Origin: a bacterium
Lineage (GTDB): Bacteria; Methylomirabilota; Methylomirabilia; CAVQYV01
Assembly (NCBI GenBank): GCA_043800755.1
Contig: JAZDMQ010000079.1
Span: 1 to 18,713 of the forward strand
Direction of reading: 5' to 3'
DNA length: 18,713 nt
Positions 1 to 7,771 of the stretch are shown piece after piece. Within the stretch, counting starts at the first letter, position 1. Each line of letters opens with the position of its first letter. A program made the position numbers and the translations under genes. Below the pieces are notes generated by a model. It saw nothing but the letters and a program-made list of their open reading frames with translations, had not been told where the DNA came from and did no database searches.

Positions 1-882
1 CTCCTCTGGGACGAGAGCTCCAAGGAGTTGGTCTTCGAGGTGGCCCTGGGTCCCTCCTCCGCCCAGCTGAAGGGGGTTCACCTCCCGCCGGATCAGGGCA
101 TCGCCGGCTGGGTCTTCCAGCAAGCAGAGTCGGTGCTCATCACCGATGTAGCCTCCGATCCCCGCTTCTACCGCAAGGTGGATGAGTCCACCGGCTTTGT
201 CACCAAGTCCATGATCTGCGTTCCCCTCAAGGTGAAGGATAAGACCATGGGGGTGATTCAGGTGATCAACCGAATAGGCGATCAGCCTTTCTCGCAGACA
301 GATGTGAATCTGCTTGAGGCGATAGGCACCCAAGCCGCGCTGGCCATCGAGAAGGGAAAGCTATTTGAACAGGTCAAGGCACAGGGCAGAAAGCTCCAAG
401 AACTTTCCATCCGGGATGACCTCACCGGTCTCTTTAACAAGAGGTATTTTAACGAAAGGTTGAAGGCGGAGTTCACCCGCGCCCGTCGCCAGAAGAGGCC
501 CTTGTGCGTCTTGCTCTTCGATCTGGATAACTTCAAGGCCTATAATGACGCGGAGGGCCACCTGGAGGGAGATAAGGTCTTGAAGCAGACGAGCGAGATT
601 GTACTGCGGAATATCCGCGACCACGTCGACTCCGGCTTCCGCTACGGGGGGGATGAGTTTACGGTTATCCTTCCGGAAATCATGGAAGAAGAGGCTTTAG
701 CGGTGGCGGAGAGGATCCGATCCCAAGTAGAGAAGGTGAACCAAGGCCGGGTCACGGTGAGCATGGGTCTGGTCGAGTATAGAGATGACTTCGACATTGT
801 AGGCATGGTCCGCTATGCGGACCGGGCGATGTACACCGCCAAGAATAAAGGCGGAAACCGCGTCCATGTCCATCAGGATTAA
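1..882 (+). CDS. GAF + GGDEF diguanylate cyclase, 5'-truncated by the window edge
   Basis: The frame is open from base 1 ([17 protein letters not shown]...). GAF motifs GIAGWV, DPRFY..VD..TGF.T.S.ICVP and NR....PF...D are followed by D.LTGLFN.RYF, DLDNFK.YND..GH..GD and an intact RYGGDEF. Stop TAA at 880-882. Confidence 0.93.
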   Translation, partial: LLWDESSKELVFEVALGPSSAQLKGVHLPPDQGIAGWVFQQAESVLITDVASDPRFYRKVDESTGFVTKSMICVPLKVKDKTMGVIQVINRIGDQPFSQTDVNLLEAIGTQAALAIEKGKLFEQVKAQGRKLQELSIRDDLTGLFNKRYFNERLKAEFTRARRQKRPLCVLLFDLDNFKAYNDAEGHLEGDKVLKQTSEIVLRNIRDHVDSGFRYGGDEFTVILPEIMEEEALAVAERIRSQVEKVNQGRVTVSMGLVEYRDDFDIVGMVRYADRAMYTAKNKGGNRVHVHQD

Positions 883-911
883 TGGGAAAGAAAGGAAAGC
901 AACTGCAGGGA

Positions 912-3401
912 ATGGCTAAGGGGTACGACTTCAAAGAGATTGAGGAGAAGTGGCAGCTATGCTGGGAGGAAAGGAAGCAATTTAGGGTCACCGAGGACCC
1001 CTCACGGCCCAAGTATTATCTATTGGAGATGTATCCTTATCCTTCAGGCAGGATTCATATGGGGCATGTGAGAAACTACTCCATAGGAGATGTGGTGGCC
1101 CGTTATAAACGGATGCGAGGTTATAATGTGCTTCATCCCATGGGTTGGGACGCATTCGGGCTCCCTGCGGAGAATGCGGCCATCGAGAACAACATCCATC
1201 CCGCAATTTGGACCGAGGATAATATCCGCTATATGCGGAAGCAGTTGAAACGGATGGGCTTCTCCTATGATTGGGATCGGGAGACTGCCTCCTGTTATCG
1301 GGATTATTACAAGTGGAATCAATGGTTTTTCCTCAAGATGTACGAACGGGGCCTTGCCTACAAGAGGGCCTCATCGGTGAATTGGTGCGATTCCTGCCAG
1401 ACCGTATTGGCCAATGAGCAAGTGGAGGGAGGTCTCTGCTGGCGATGCGAGACGCCGGTCCGCCAAAAGCAGCTCGAACAGTGGTTCTTGCGAATTACCC
1501 ACTATGCTGAAGAACTGCTTGCCGGCCTTGACAAACTCCCCGGGTGGCCGGAGCGAGTGAAGGTCATGCAGCGCAATTGGATCGGCAAAAGCGTGGGGGT
1601 GGAGGTTCGATTTCCTTTGGCCTCCGGGGACGCGTCCATCCCTGCATTTACTACGCGAGTCGATACCCTCTTCGGAGCGACCTTCATCCTTTTGTCCCCG
1701 GAGCATCCTATGGTACAAAAGGTGAGCGAGGAAACCCCCCAGGCCCAGTCGATTTCCCTTTTCCTGGAACGAATGAGCCGAGCAGACAAGATATCCCGAA
1801 CTGCCCTCGATGCGGAGAAGGAAGGATGCTTCACCGGGTCTTACGCCATCAACCCTGCCACCGGGGAGAAAATCCCAATCTGGGTCGCCAATTATGTGTT
1901 GCTGGAGTATGGAACCGGGGCGGTCATGGCAGTGCCGGCCCACGATCAGCGGGACTTGGAGTTCGCGAGGAAGTACGACCTCCCAATTCGAGTGGTCGTC
2001 AAAGGTCTGGATGGGGGTCCGGGAGAGGAGACTTCCGCCGAGGCCTATGTGGAAGAAGGACTCCTGATCAATTCTGGCCGCTTCAACGGCCTCCCGAGCG
2101 ACCGGGCGCGCGAGGCCATCGCAAAGCACTTGGAGGGAAATGGCAACGGGAAGAGGCAGGTGGCCTTCCGATTTCGCGATTGGGGCATCTCGCGACAGCG
2201 CTATTGGGGCACTCCCATTCCTATCATCTACTGCGACCGGTGCGGCACCGTCCCTGTCCCGTACCAAGACCTGCCCGTGGTGCTTCCGTCCGATGTCCAG
2301 ATTGTGGGCAAAGGGGAGTCTCCTCTGGGCAAAGTAGATGGCTTTGTTCAGAGCGGTTGTCCCAAGTGTTCCGCACCCGCACGCCGGGAGACGGACACTA
2401 TGGATACCTTTGTCGACTCCTCCTGGTATTTTCTCCGATTTCTCTCTCCCCATAACGACCTCGTGCCGGTGGAGGAGGATGCGGCCCGCTACTGGATGCC
2501 GGTTGATCAATACATTGGGGGGATTGAGCACGCAGTGATGCATCTGCTTTACGCGCGGTTCTTCACCAAGTTTCTCCACGACCTGAACCTCATCCAGGTG
2601 GACGAGCCCTTCACAAACCTTCTCACCCAGGGGATGGTCATTAAAGATGGATCCAAGATGTCCAAGTCCAAGGGAAATGTGGTGGATCCAAATGAGCTCT
2701 TGGAGCGATATGGGGCGGATACAGCGAGGCTCTTCTCCCTTTTCGCTTCGCCTCCGGAGAAGGATCTGGATTGGTCGGATCAGGGGGTCGAGGGCTCCTT
2801 CCGCTTTCTCAACCGAATCTGGCGCATGGTCGAGACGTATCAGCCCTCATCAAGGTCCGTGGACGGAGAACCTCACCTTGAAGAACTCACGGTGGGGAAG
2901 GACCTCTTCCGCTGTGTCCATCAGACCATTAAGAAGGTGACGGAAGATATTGAAGACAAATTTCATTTTAACACTGCTATCAGTGCCCTCATGGAACTGG
3001 TTAATGAGGTGAGCCAATTCGATCTCAGTGGCACAGAAGCAGAGCGGAATGAAAGGGATAGGGTCCTCAAAAAGGCGCTGGAGACAGTCCTCCTCTTGCT
3101 TTCTCCCTTTTCCCCCCACATCTGCGAAGAACTGTGGAGAAGGATGGGCCATCCCCGTAGTGTCTTTGAGGAACCATGGCCCGTCTATGATGAAAGGGCG
3201 ATTGCCGAGGAGGTGGCGCTGATAGTGGTGCAGATCAATGGCCGCGTGCGGCATCGGCTCTACTTGGCGGCTTCTTCGACCGAAGAAGAGATCAAAGGCA
3301 CGGTGCTCTCCGATGACCGAGTGAAGAGTCTTTTGTCGGGACAGGAAGTGAAAAGAATTGTGCTGGTTCCCAACAAATTGGTCAACATTGTTCTCCGATG
3401 A
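912..3401 (+). CDS. leuS: Leucine--tRNA ligase
   Basis: PYPSG..HMGH (HIGH motif), [15 protein letters not shown]1 editing domain ([22 protein letters not shown]), [20 protein letters not shown] and C-terminal VVQINGRVR. The start is either ATG 882 (overlapping the upstream stop) or ATG 912 ([14 protein letters not shown]), which better matches typical LeuS N-termini. Confidence 0.98.
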   Translation: MAKGYDFKEIEEKWQLCWEERKQFRVTEDPSRPKYYLLEMYPYPSGRIHMGHVRNYSIGDVVARYKRMRGYNVLHPMGWDAFGLPAENAAIENNIHPAIWTEDNIRYMRKQLKRMGFSYDWDRETASCYRDYYKWNQWFFLKMYERGLAYKRASSVNWCDSCQTVLANEQVEGGLCWRCETPVRQKQLEQWFLRITHYAEELLAGLDKLPGWPERVKVMQRNWIGKSVGVEVRFPLASGDASIPAFTTRVDTLFGATFILLSPEHPMVQKVSEETPQAQSISLFLERMSRADKISRTALDAEKEGCFTGSYAINPATGEKIPIWVANYVLLEYGTGAVMAVPAHDQRDLEFARKYDLPIRVVVKGLDGGPGEETSAEAYVEEGLLINSGRFNGLPSDRAREAIAKHLEGNGNGKRQVAFRFRDWGISRQRYWGTPIPIIYCDRCGTVPVPYQDLPVVLPSDVQIVGKGESPLGKVDGFVQSGCPKCSAPARRETDTMDTFVDSSWYFLRFLSPHNDLVPVEEDAARYWMPVDQYIGGIEHAVMHLLYARFFTKFLHDLNLIQVDEPFTNLLTQGMVIKDGSKMSKSKGNVVDPNELLERYGADTARLFSLFASPPEKDLDWSDQGVEGSFRFLNRIWRMVETYQPSSRSVDGEPHLEELTVGKDLFRCVHQTIKKVTEDIEDKFHFNTAISALMELVNEVSQFDLSGTEAERNERDRVLKKALETVLLLLSPFSPHICEELWRRMGHPRSVFEEPWPVYDERAIAEEVALIVVQINGRVRHRLYLAASSTEEEIKGTVLSDDRVKSLLSGQEVKRIVLVPNKLVNIVLR

Positions 3402-3585
3402 GGGGCATGTACCTCAGAGGCTGGGATGCCAATTGGCCGTGGGGGTTTGCCGGCTGCGATTGGAAAACCCCTTTCACCAGCTCAGAGACGTCCGCAGTTG
3501 GGCTGAAGCCCCCTGAGCTTCCTTGGCTTCCCCCACTTTTCCTTCATTTTCTCAACCTACAACGGCAGCCAACTCAAAAGCAGAC

Positions 3586-4089
3586 TTGCTCAACCACCGA
3601 ATTGTCTTAGCCTATATTCTAATGATGTGTTTTTTGTGGGGGTGTGGTTATACCCTCGGCCCACCATCAGGGCACGCAGAAAAAGTGGCGTTATACGCCT
3701 TTTCAAATGAGACCTTCAAGCCCGGGCTGGAAGTCTCGGCGAGGGACATCCTGTTGCAGAGGTTGGCTGCGCAGAGAGTCCCTCTGGCGACTGATTCTCA
3801 AGGCGCAGCGTGGACCTTAAAAGGAACGGTTACCCGCTATTCCACTGAAGCGGTCGCCTTCGATGCACGAGATATCAGCCGGCAATATCGGCTGGTGATT
3901 ACCATCAACTTCGTCTTTCAAGAAAAGGAAGGCCAAAGGGCCTTATGGGAGGAATCCCTGACCGCTTCCTCTTACTATTATACTGGTCCTGATGTGGCTG
4001 CCACGGAAATTGCGGAAAACCACGCCTGCATCCGGGCCATAGAAGAGCTTTCGCAAATGGTAGCCACTCGGATGATGGAGGTCTTTTAA
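3586..4089 (+). CDS. lptE: LptE-family LPS assembly lipoprotein
   Basis: Lies in the conserved leuS-lptE-holA position. The in-frame TTG at 3586 gives the signal peptide MLNHRIVLAYILMMCFLWGC with lipobox LWGC, followed by GY. It also has F.NET..PGLE and a beta-rich body. The start is uncertain (the ORF track uses 3523). Confidence 0.8.
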   Translation: MLNHRIVLAYILMMCFLWGCGYTLGPPSGHAEKVALYAFSNETFKPGLEVSARDILLQRLAAQRVPLATDSQGAAWTLKGTVTRYSTEAVAFDARDISRQYRLVITINFVFQEKEGQRALWEESLTASSYYYTGPDVAATEIAENHACIRAIEELSQMVATRMMEVF

Positions 4090-5148
4090 ATCTTCCATTC
4101 AGCACAAGACAAGGAGAGGGAAGAAAGCACAAAGCAGTCCCCTTCCCTTTATCTGCTCTACGGAGAGGATGGACCGTTCAAGGACGAGGCCCTGAAGGGA
4201 CTGTTGACGGAGATGCTGCCGCCAGATCGCTGGAGCTTGAATCTGGAGGTGGTGAGCGGGGCAGAATCCGGGGCAGAAGAGATCCTCTCGCGAGCGGAGA
4301 CGCTCCCCTTCCTCGCTTCCTGCCGGGTGGTGGTGGTCAGGGAGGCGGAACGCCTTTCCTCATCCGACAAGGAAAGAATCGTCGATTACCTCCAGATGCA
4401 TCCTTTGCCCCATGCCTGTTTGATCTTCCTGATGGCCCAGATCGACCGAAGGAGTTCCTTCGTCCGTGCCCTGCAGAGCTTGGGAAAGGCGATCTCCAGT
4501 GATCTTACTGGTGCGCAGGAGGTCAAGGAATGGCTTCAGGCGCGAGCAAGGCAAAAAGGCAAGAGGCTATCTCCTGCCGCGGCGGGGGCGCTATGCGATC
4601 TGATGGGAGAGGACCCAAACCTTCTGGTAGGGGAGTTAGAAAAGATCGTTCTCTTGGTGGGAGAGCGAGAGGAGATTCGGATAGAGGATGTATCGGCCCA
4701 GGCGGGGAAGAGGGTGCATCACATCTTCGAGGTAACGAATGCCCTGGGCCATGGCAAAGCGGATGAAGCCCTGAAGGCGGTGCGCTGCCTCTTGGAGCAG
4801 GGGGAGGAGGCTCTCGGCATCCTGGGCATGCTGACCCGTCATTTTCGCCTCCTCTCTAAGGCTAAGGAGTTGGACGCGCACAGGAAGTCCAGGGGGGAGA
4901 TTGCCCGTGAGCTGAAAATCCCTCCCTCCTATCTGGGGGCCCTCCTCTCGCATGCCGCATCCATCTCTTGGGATGCCTTGGAAGGGGTGTTGGGCGATCT
5001 TCTCCGCGCGGACTCCCTGCTTAAATCGGAAAAGCCCCTGGGCATCCTGGTCCTGGAAAGACTTATTCTCCGTACGGGGCAGTCGAAATTGGTCTCTGAG
5101 CGTGAGCGGGCTTTGCCAGAGCGCCAGAGGCGGGAGCCGGTCGCCTAA
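4090..5148 (+). CDS. holA: DNA polymerase III delta subunit
   Basis: Motifs AETLPF...RVVVV.EAE.L, ELEKI.L and IFE...AL, plus synteny after lptE. The conserved N-terminal YLLYGED motif lies upstream of the ORF-track start (4204), so the CDS extends toward 4090 (see findings). Confidence 0.9.
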   Translation: MFHSAQDKEREESTKQSPSLYLLYGEDGPFKDEALKGLLTEMLPPDRWSLNLEVVSGAESGAEEILSRAETLPFLASCRVVVVREAERLSSSDKERIVDYLQMHPLPHACLIFLMAQIDRRSSFVRALQSLGKAISSDLTGAQEVKEWLQARARQKGKRLSPAAAGALCDLMGEDPNLLVGELEKIVLLVGEREEIRIEDVSAQAGKRVHHIFEVTNALGHGKADEALKAVRCLLEQGEEALGILGMLTRHFRLLSKAKELDAHRKSRGEIARELKIPPSYLGALLSHAASISWDALEGVLGDLLRADSLLKSEKPLGILVLERLILRTGQSKLVSERERALPERQRREPVA

Positions 5149-5414
5149 GGGGATTGGAGGGCGTTTACCTGCCGGGAGAGCCTGGACTTGAAGCGAGCGG
5201 CAGCATTCTTGTGGATAATCCCTGTGCTCACGGCTTTATCGATTACCGAAATGGCCGCACCAAGGGTGGTTTGGGCCAGGCTCCGGTCTCTTCCTTCAAT
5301 GGTCCCCCGCAGCTTTTTTATGGTGGACCGGAGATTCGTTTTTGAGGCTCGATTCCTCAGATTTCGTACCTTGTTCTGTCGCAGTCGTTTGATCGCTGAT
5401 TTGGTAATGGGCAT
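5145..5414 (-). CDS. rpsT: 30S ribosomal protein S20
   Basis: KSAIKRLRQN...N.RN and IDKAVS.GIIHKNAAAR.KSRL. SD GAGGAG on the minus strand (forward ctcctc 5421-5426). Confidence 0.97.
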   Translation of the reverse strand: MPITKSAIKRLRQNKVRNLRNRASKTNLRSTIKKLRGTIEGRDRSLAQTTLGAAISVIDKAVSTGIIHKNAAARFKSRLSRQVNALQSP

Positions 5415-5461
5415 TTATCTCTCCTCAATGAAGTCATACTTTCTGCCAAGTTTTGAAAGAT

Positions 5462-5490
5462 AGCATAACCAAAAGGACCTGAACTGTCAA
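5462..5490 (-). promoter_or_regulatory. Sigma70-type promoter for rpsT
   Basis: The minus strand reads TTGACA (5490-5485), a 17-nt spacer, then TATGCT (5467-5462), about 47 nt upstream of the rpsT ATG. Confidence 0.8.
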
Positions 5491-5521
5491 TCATTAATTC
5501 CTGGGAAAACGGATCAATTTC

Positions 5522-7141
5522 GTGGCAGATAGGGAATCTGGGCCACATCGGATAACTACTGCGGCAGGGGCCATCAGCTCCGGCATCCTGGTCTCGCGAG
5601 TCCTGGGCTTTGTCCGGGATATGATCATCGCCAAGCTCTTTGGCGCAAGCATGTCTGCGGATGCCTTTTTCGTCGCCTTTCGCATCCCAAATATGCTCAG
5701 AGAGCTCTTTGGAGAGGGAGCACTGAGCGCCTCCTTCATCCCGGTTTTCACCCAGACCCTGAATCGAGAAGGGAGGGAGGAGGCTTGGCGTGTCGCCAGG
5801 ATTACGGCTACCCTCCTGGCCTCAACTCTCTTTCTGGTTACCGTTGCTGGATTTGTCCTCGCCCCCGCCATTGTGTGGGTCATGGCCCCCGGCTTTCACA
5901 TCAATCCCCAAAAGCTTAGGCTCACCGTCTTCCTAACCCGGGTTACCTTTCCCTACATCTTTTTTGTCGGCATGGCTGCCCTGCTCATGGGGATTTTGAA
6001 TTCCCTGCGCCGTTTCATCGCTCCTGCCCTTGCTCCGGTCATGCTCAATCTGGCCATGATTTTCTCCGCCCTGTTTCTGTCGCCCTGCGTGAAGCCTCCG
6101 GTTTTGTCGTTGGCGATCGGGGTCGTTCTGGGAGGGATCGGTCAGATACTCATCCAGGTCCCTGCCGTGCGAAGAGAAGGGGCCAGGTTCTATCCCGTTT
6201 TCGAGTTGTACGATCCAGCAGTGCGCAGGATCGGAAGACTAATGGTTCCCGGAATCATTGGCTTGGCGATCACCCAAGCCAATTTTTTTATAGGGACCTT
6301 CCTCGCTTCCTTCCTCAAGGAGGGGAGCGTTTCCTTTCTCTACTACAGCTTTCGTTTGGTGCAACTTCCCATCGGACTGGTAGGGGTGGCCTTGGGAACA
6401 GCCATACTTCCCTTCCTCTCTTCGTCTGCCGCCGCTGGCTCATACCAGGAACTGAAGCGGATCACCTCCCTCGCCATCCGCTTAGGTTTTTTCCTAACCC
6501 TCCCCTTCACGGTCGGACTCATCATTTTTAGGGAACCGATCGTCGCCATTCTTTTTGAGAGAGGGGAGTTCAACGCACTAATGACCAAGGAAGTAGCCGG
6601 TACGCTCCTCTTTCTCTCCCTCGGGATCTCTTTCTATGTGGCGGACCGTATTGTGGTGCCGGCCTTTTACTCGCTTCAGGATACGAGGACCCCGGTGGTC
6701 ATCTCTGCCATTGCCGTTGGGTGCGACATCTTTTTCAGCCTGCTCTTGATGGGACCGTTGCAGGTCCGGGGATTGGCCCTTTCCACCTCGATTGCCTCTT
6801 TGGCCCACTTCTCCCTTTTACTGGCGATGCTCCGGCGAAAGATAGGCCCGCTCGGGGGGAGAGAACTCCTTCGCTCTCTTCTCCGTATCGGGCTGTCCAC
6901 CGCCCCTCTGGGCTTGCTGGGTTATTATCTTGTCCAGAGGCATTCTCCTCTGCAACAGGTGGGAATTGCAGCGAGGAGTGGCCTGTTGGCCCTGGAGATC
7001 ATAATCGGGTTGGCCGCCTATCTGGGGAGCGCCCTTGCCCTCCGATCTGATGAGGCAATCTTCCTCTGGGACTTTCTACGGCGAAGGCTTACCAAAAGGA
7101 AGGTAGCTCGGGTCGACCAAGAAGGATCAAAAAATGCTTGA
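5522..7141 (+). CDS. murJ: Lipid II flippase MurJ (MviN)
   Basis: SRVLGFVRD, ADAFFVAFRIPNMLRELFGEGALSASFIPVF, RLVQLPIG and FYSLQDTRTPV, with many hydrophobic segments. Divergent from rpsT as in many Gram-negative genomes. GTG start. Confidence 0.96.
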   Translation: MADRESGPHRITTAAGAISSGILVSRVLGFVRDMIIAKLFGASMSADAFFVAFRIPNMLRELFGEGALSASFIPVFTQTLNREGREEAWRVARITATLLASTLFLVTVAGFVLAPAIVWVMAPGFHINPQKLRLTVFLTRVTFPYIFFVGMAALLMGILNSLRRFIAPALAPVMLNLAMIFSALFLSPCVKPPVLSLAIGVVLGGIGQILIQVPAVRREGARFYPVFELYDPAVRRIGRLMVPGIIGLAITQANFFIGTFLASFLKEGSVSFLYYSFRLVQLPIGLVGVALGTAILPFLSSSAAAGSYQELKRITSLAIRLGFFLTLPFTVGLIIFREPIVAILFERGEFNALMTKEVAGTLLFLSLGISFYVADRIVVPAFYSLQDTRTPVVISAIAVGCDIFFSLLLMGPLQVRGLALSTSIASLAHFSLLLAMLRRKIGPLGGRELLRSLLRIGLSTAPLGLLGYYLVQRHSPLQQVGIAARSGLLALEIIIGLAAYLGSALALRSDEAIFLWDFLRRRLTKRKVARVDQEGSKNA

Positions 7142-7166
7142 CACCCCTTTTTTCATCGTATACATT
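7138..7166 (+). promoter_or_regulatory. Sigma70-type promoter for trxA, overlapping the murJ stop
   Basis: TTGACA 7138-7143, a 17-nt spacer, TACATT 7161-7166, followed by SD GAGGAGG at 7181-7187. Confidence 0.72.
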
Positions 7167-7194
7167 GCCGTATATTCCTCGAGGAGGCCAAGAA

Positions 7195-7524
7195 TTGTCG
7201 GCGAATGAAGTCATCGGGCTCTCACAGGCCAGCTTCGAAGCGGAAGTGCTGAAATCGATGGGCGCGGTTTTAGTTGATTTTTGGGCGGAGTGGTGTGGTC
7301 CATGTAAGATGATCGCCCCTATCGTGGAGGAGTTGGCGCAGGATTACCAGGGAAGACTCAAGGTCTGCAAATTGAACGTGGATGAGGAGCGCGAGATTGC
7401 GGCCAATTACGGAATTCGGAGCATTCCCACCCTTATCCTCTTCAAGGGGGGAAAGCCGGTGGAGCAAATCATTGGGGCTCTTCCCAAGTCAGCCCTCAAG
7501 TCCAAGATAGAAGGATTGCTATGA
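7195..7524 (+). CDS. trxA: Thioredoxin
   Basis: VLVDFWAEWCGPCKMIAP active site and YGIRSIPTL. The in-frame TTG at 7195 is 7 nt after SD GAGGAGG and gives a canonical 109-aa protein. Confidence 0.96.
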   Translation: MSANEVIGLSQASFEAEVLKSMGAVLVDFWAEWCGPCKMIAPIVEELAQDYQGRLKVCKLNVDEEREIAANYGIRSIPTLILFKGGKPVEQIIGALPKSALKSKIEGLL

Positions 7525-7583
7525 CAGATTTTCCCAAAAACACTTTCCCTTTTGATCCCTCCGCTTTTTCCACCAAGCAAGCG

Positions 7584-7634
7584 ATGAGGAAGTCCTCGCT
7601 TTCCTCCCGTCTCGGTCCTCTCTGGCGACGCTAA
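7584..7634 (+). CDS. Candidate trp leader peptide MRKSSLSSRLGPLWRR (extendable to ATG 7521)
   Basis: Short ORF upstream of trpE ending Trp-Arg-Arg-stop. It has only one Trp codon and no clear SD, so the call is tentative. Confidence 0.25.
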   Translation: MRKSSLSSRLGPLWRR

Positions 7635-7771
7635 TTTCCCCCGTCTTACCCTGCCTTATTTCCCTTTAATTCCACAGTTGCCTCTTTGTCGATCCCTATG
7701 GAACCTTTCCTTTTTCCTTTCACCGGAGAAGGAGAGAAGATTCATGTTTATTCTACTAAAAGGAACGGCCG

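Noticed and set aside
1371..2579. 402-aa minus-strand ORF and 303-aa alternate-frame ORF within leuS
   Set aside because: Both lie fully inside a well-supported essential gene and have the composition of GC-rich shadow frames.
3420..3460. GGCAAACC on the minus strand resembling a c-di-GMP-I riboswitch
   Set aside because: The following GNRA-capped stem and GCAAAGC elements are absent, and the orientation is antisense to the operon.
3398..3610. 70-aa ORF overlapping the leuS stop (ATGA)
   Set aside because: No recognisable family, it overlaps the lptE start, and the region is better explained as a structured spacer. It cannot be fully excluded.
7138..7194. N-terminal extension of thioredoxin in the ORF track
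   Set aside because: The TTG at 7138 is the -35 hexamer. The SD position and canonical Trx length point to TTG 7195.
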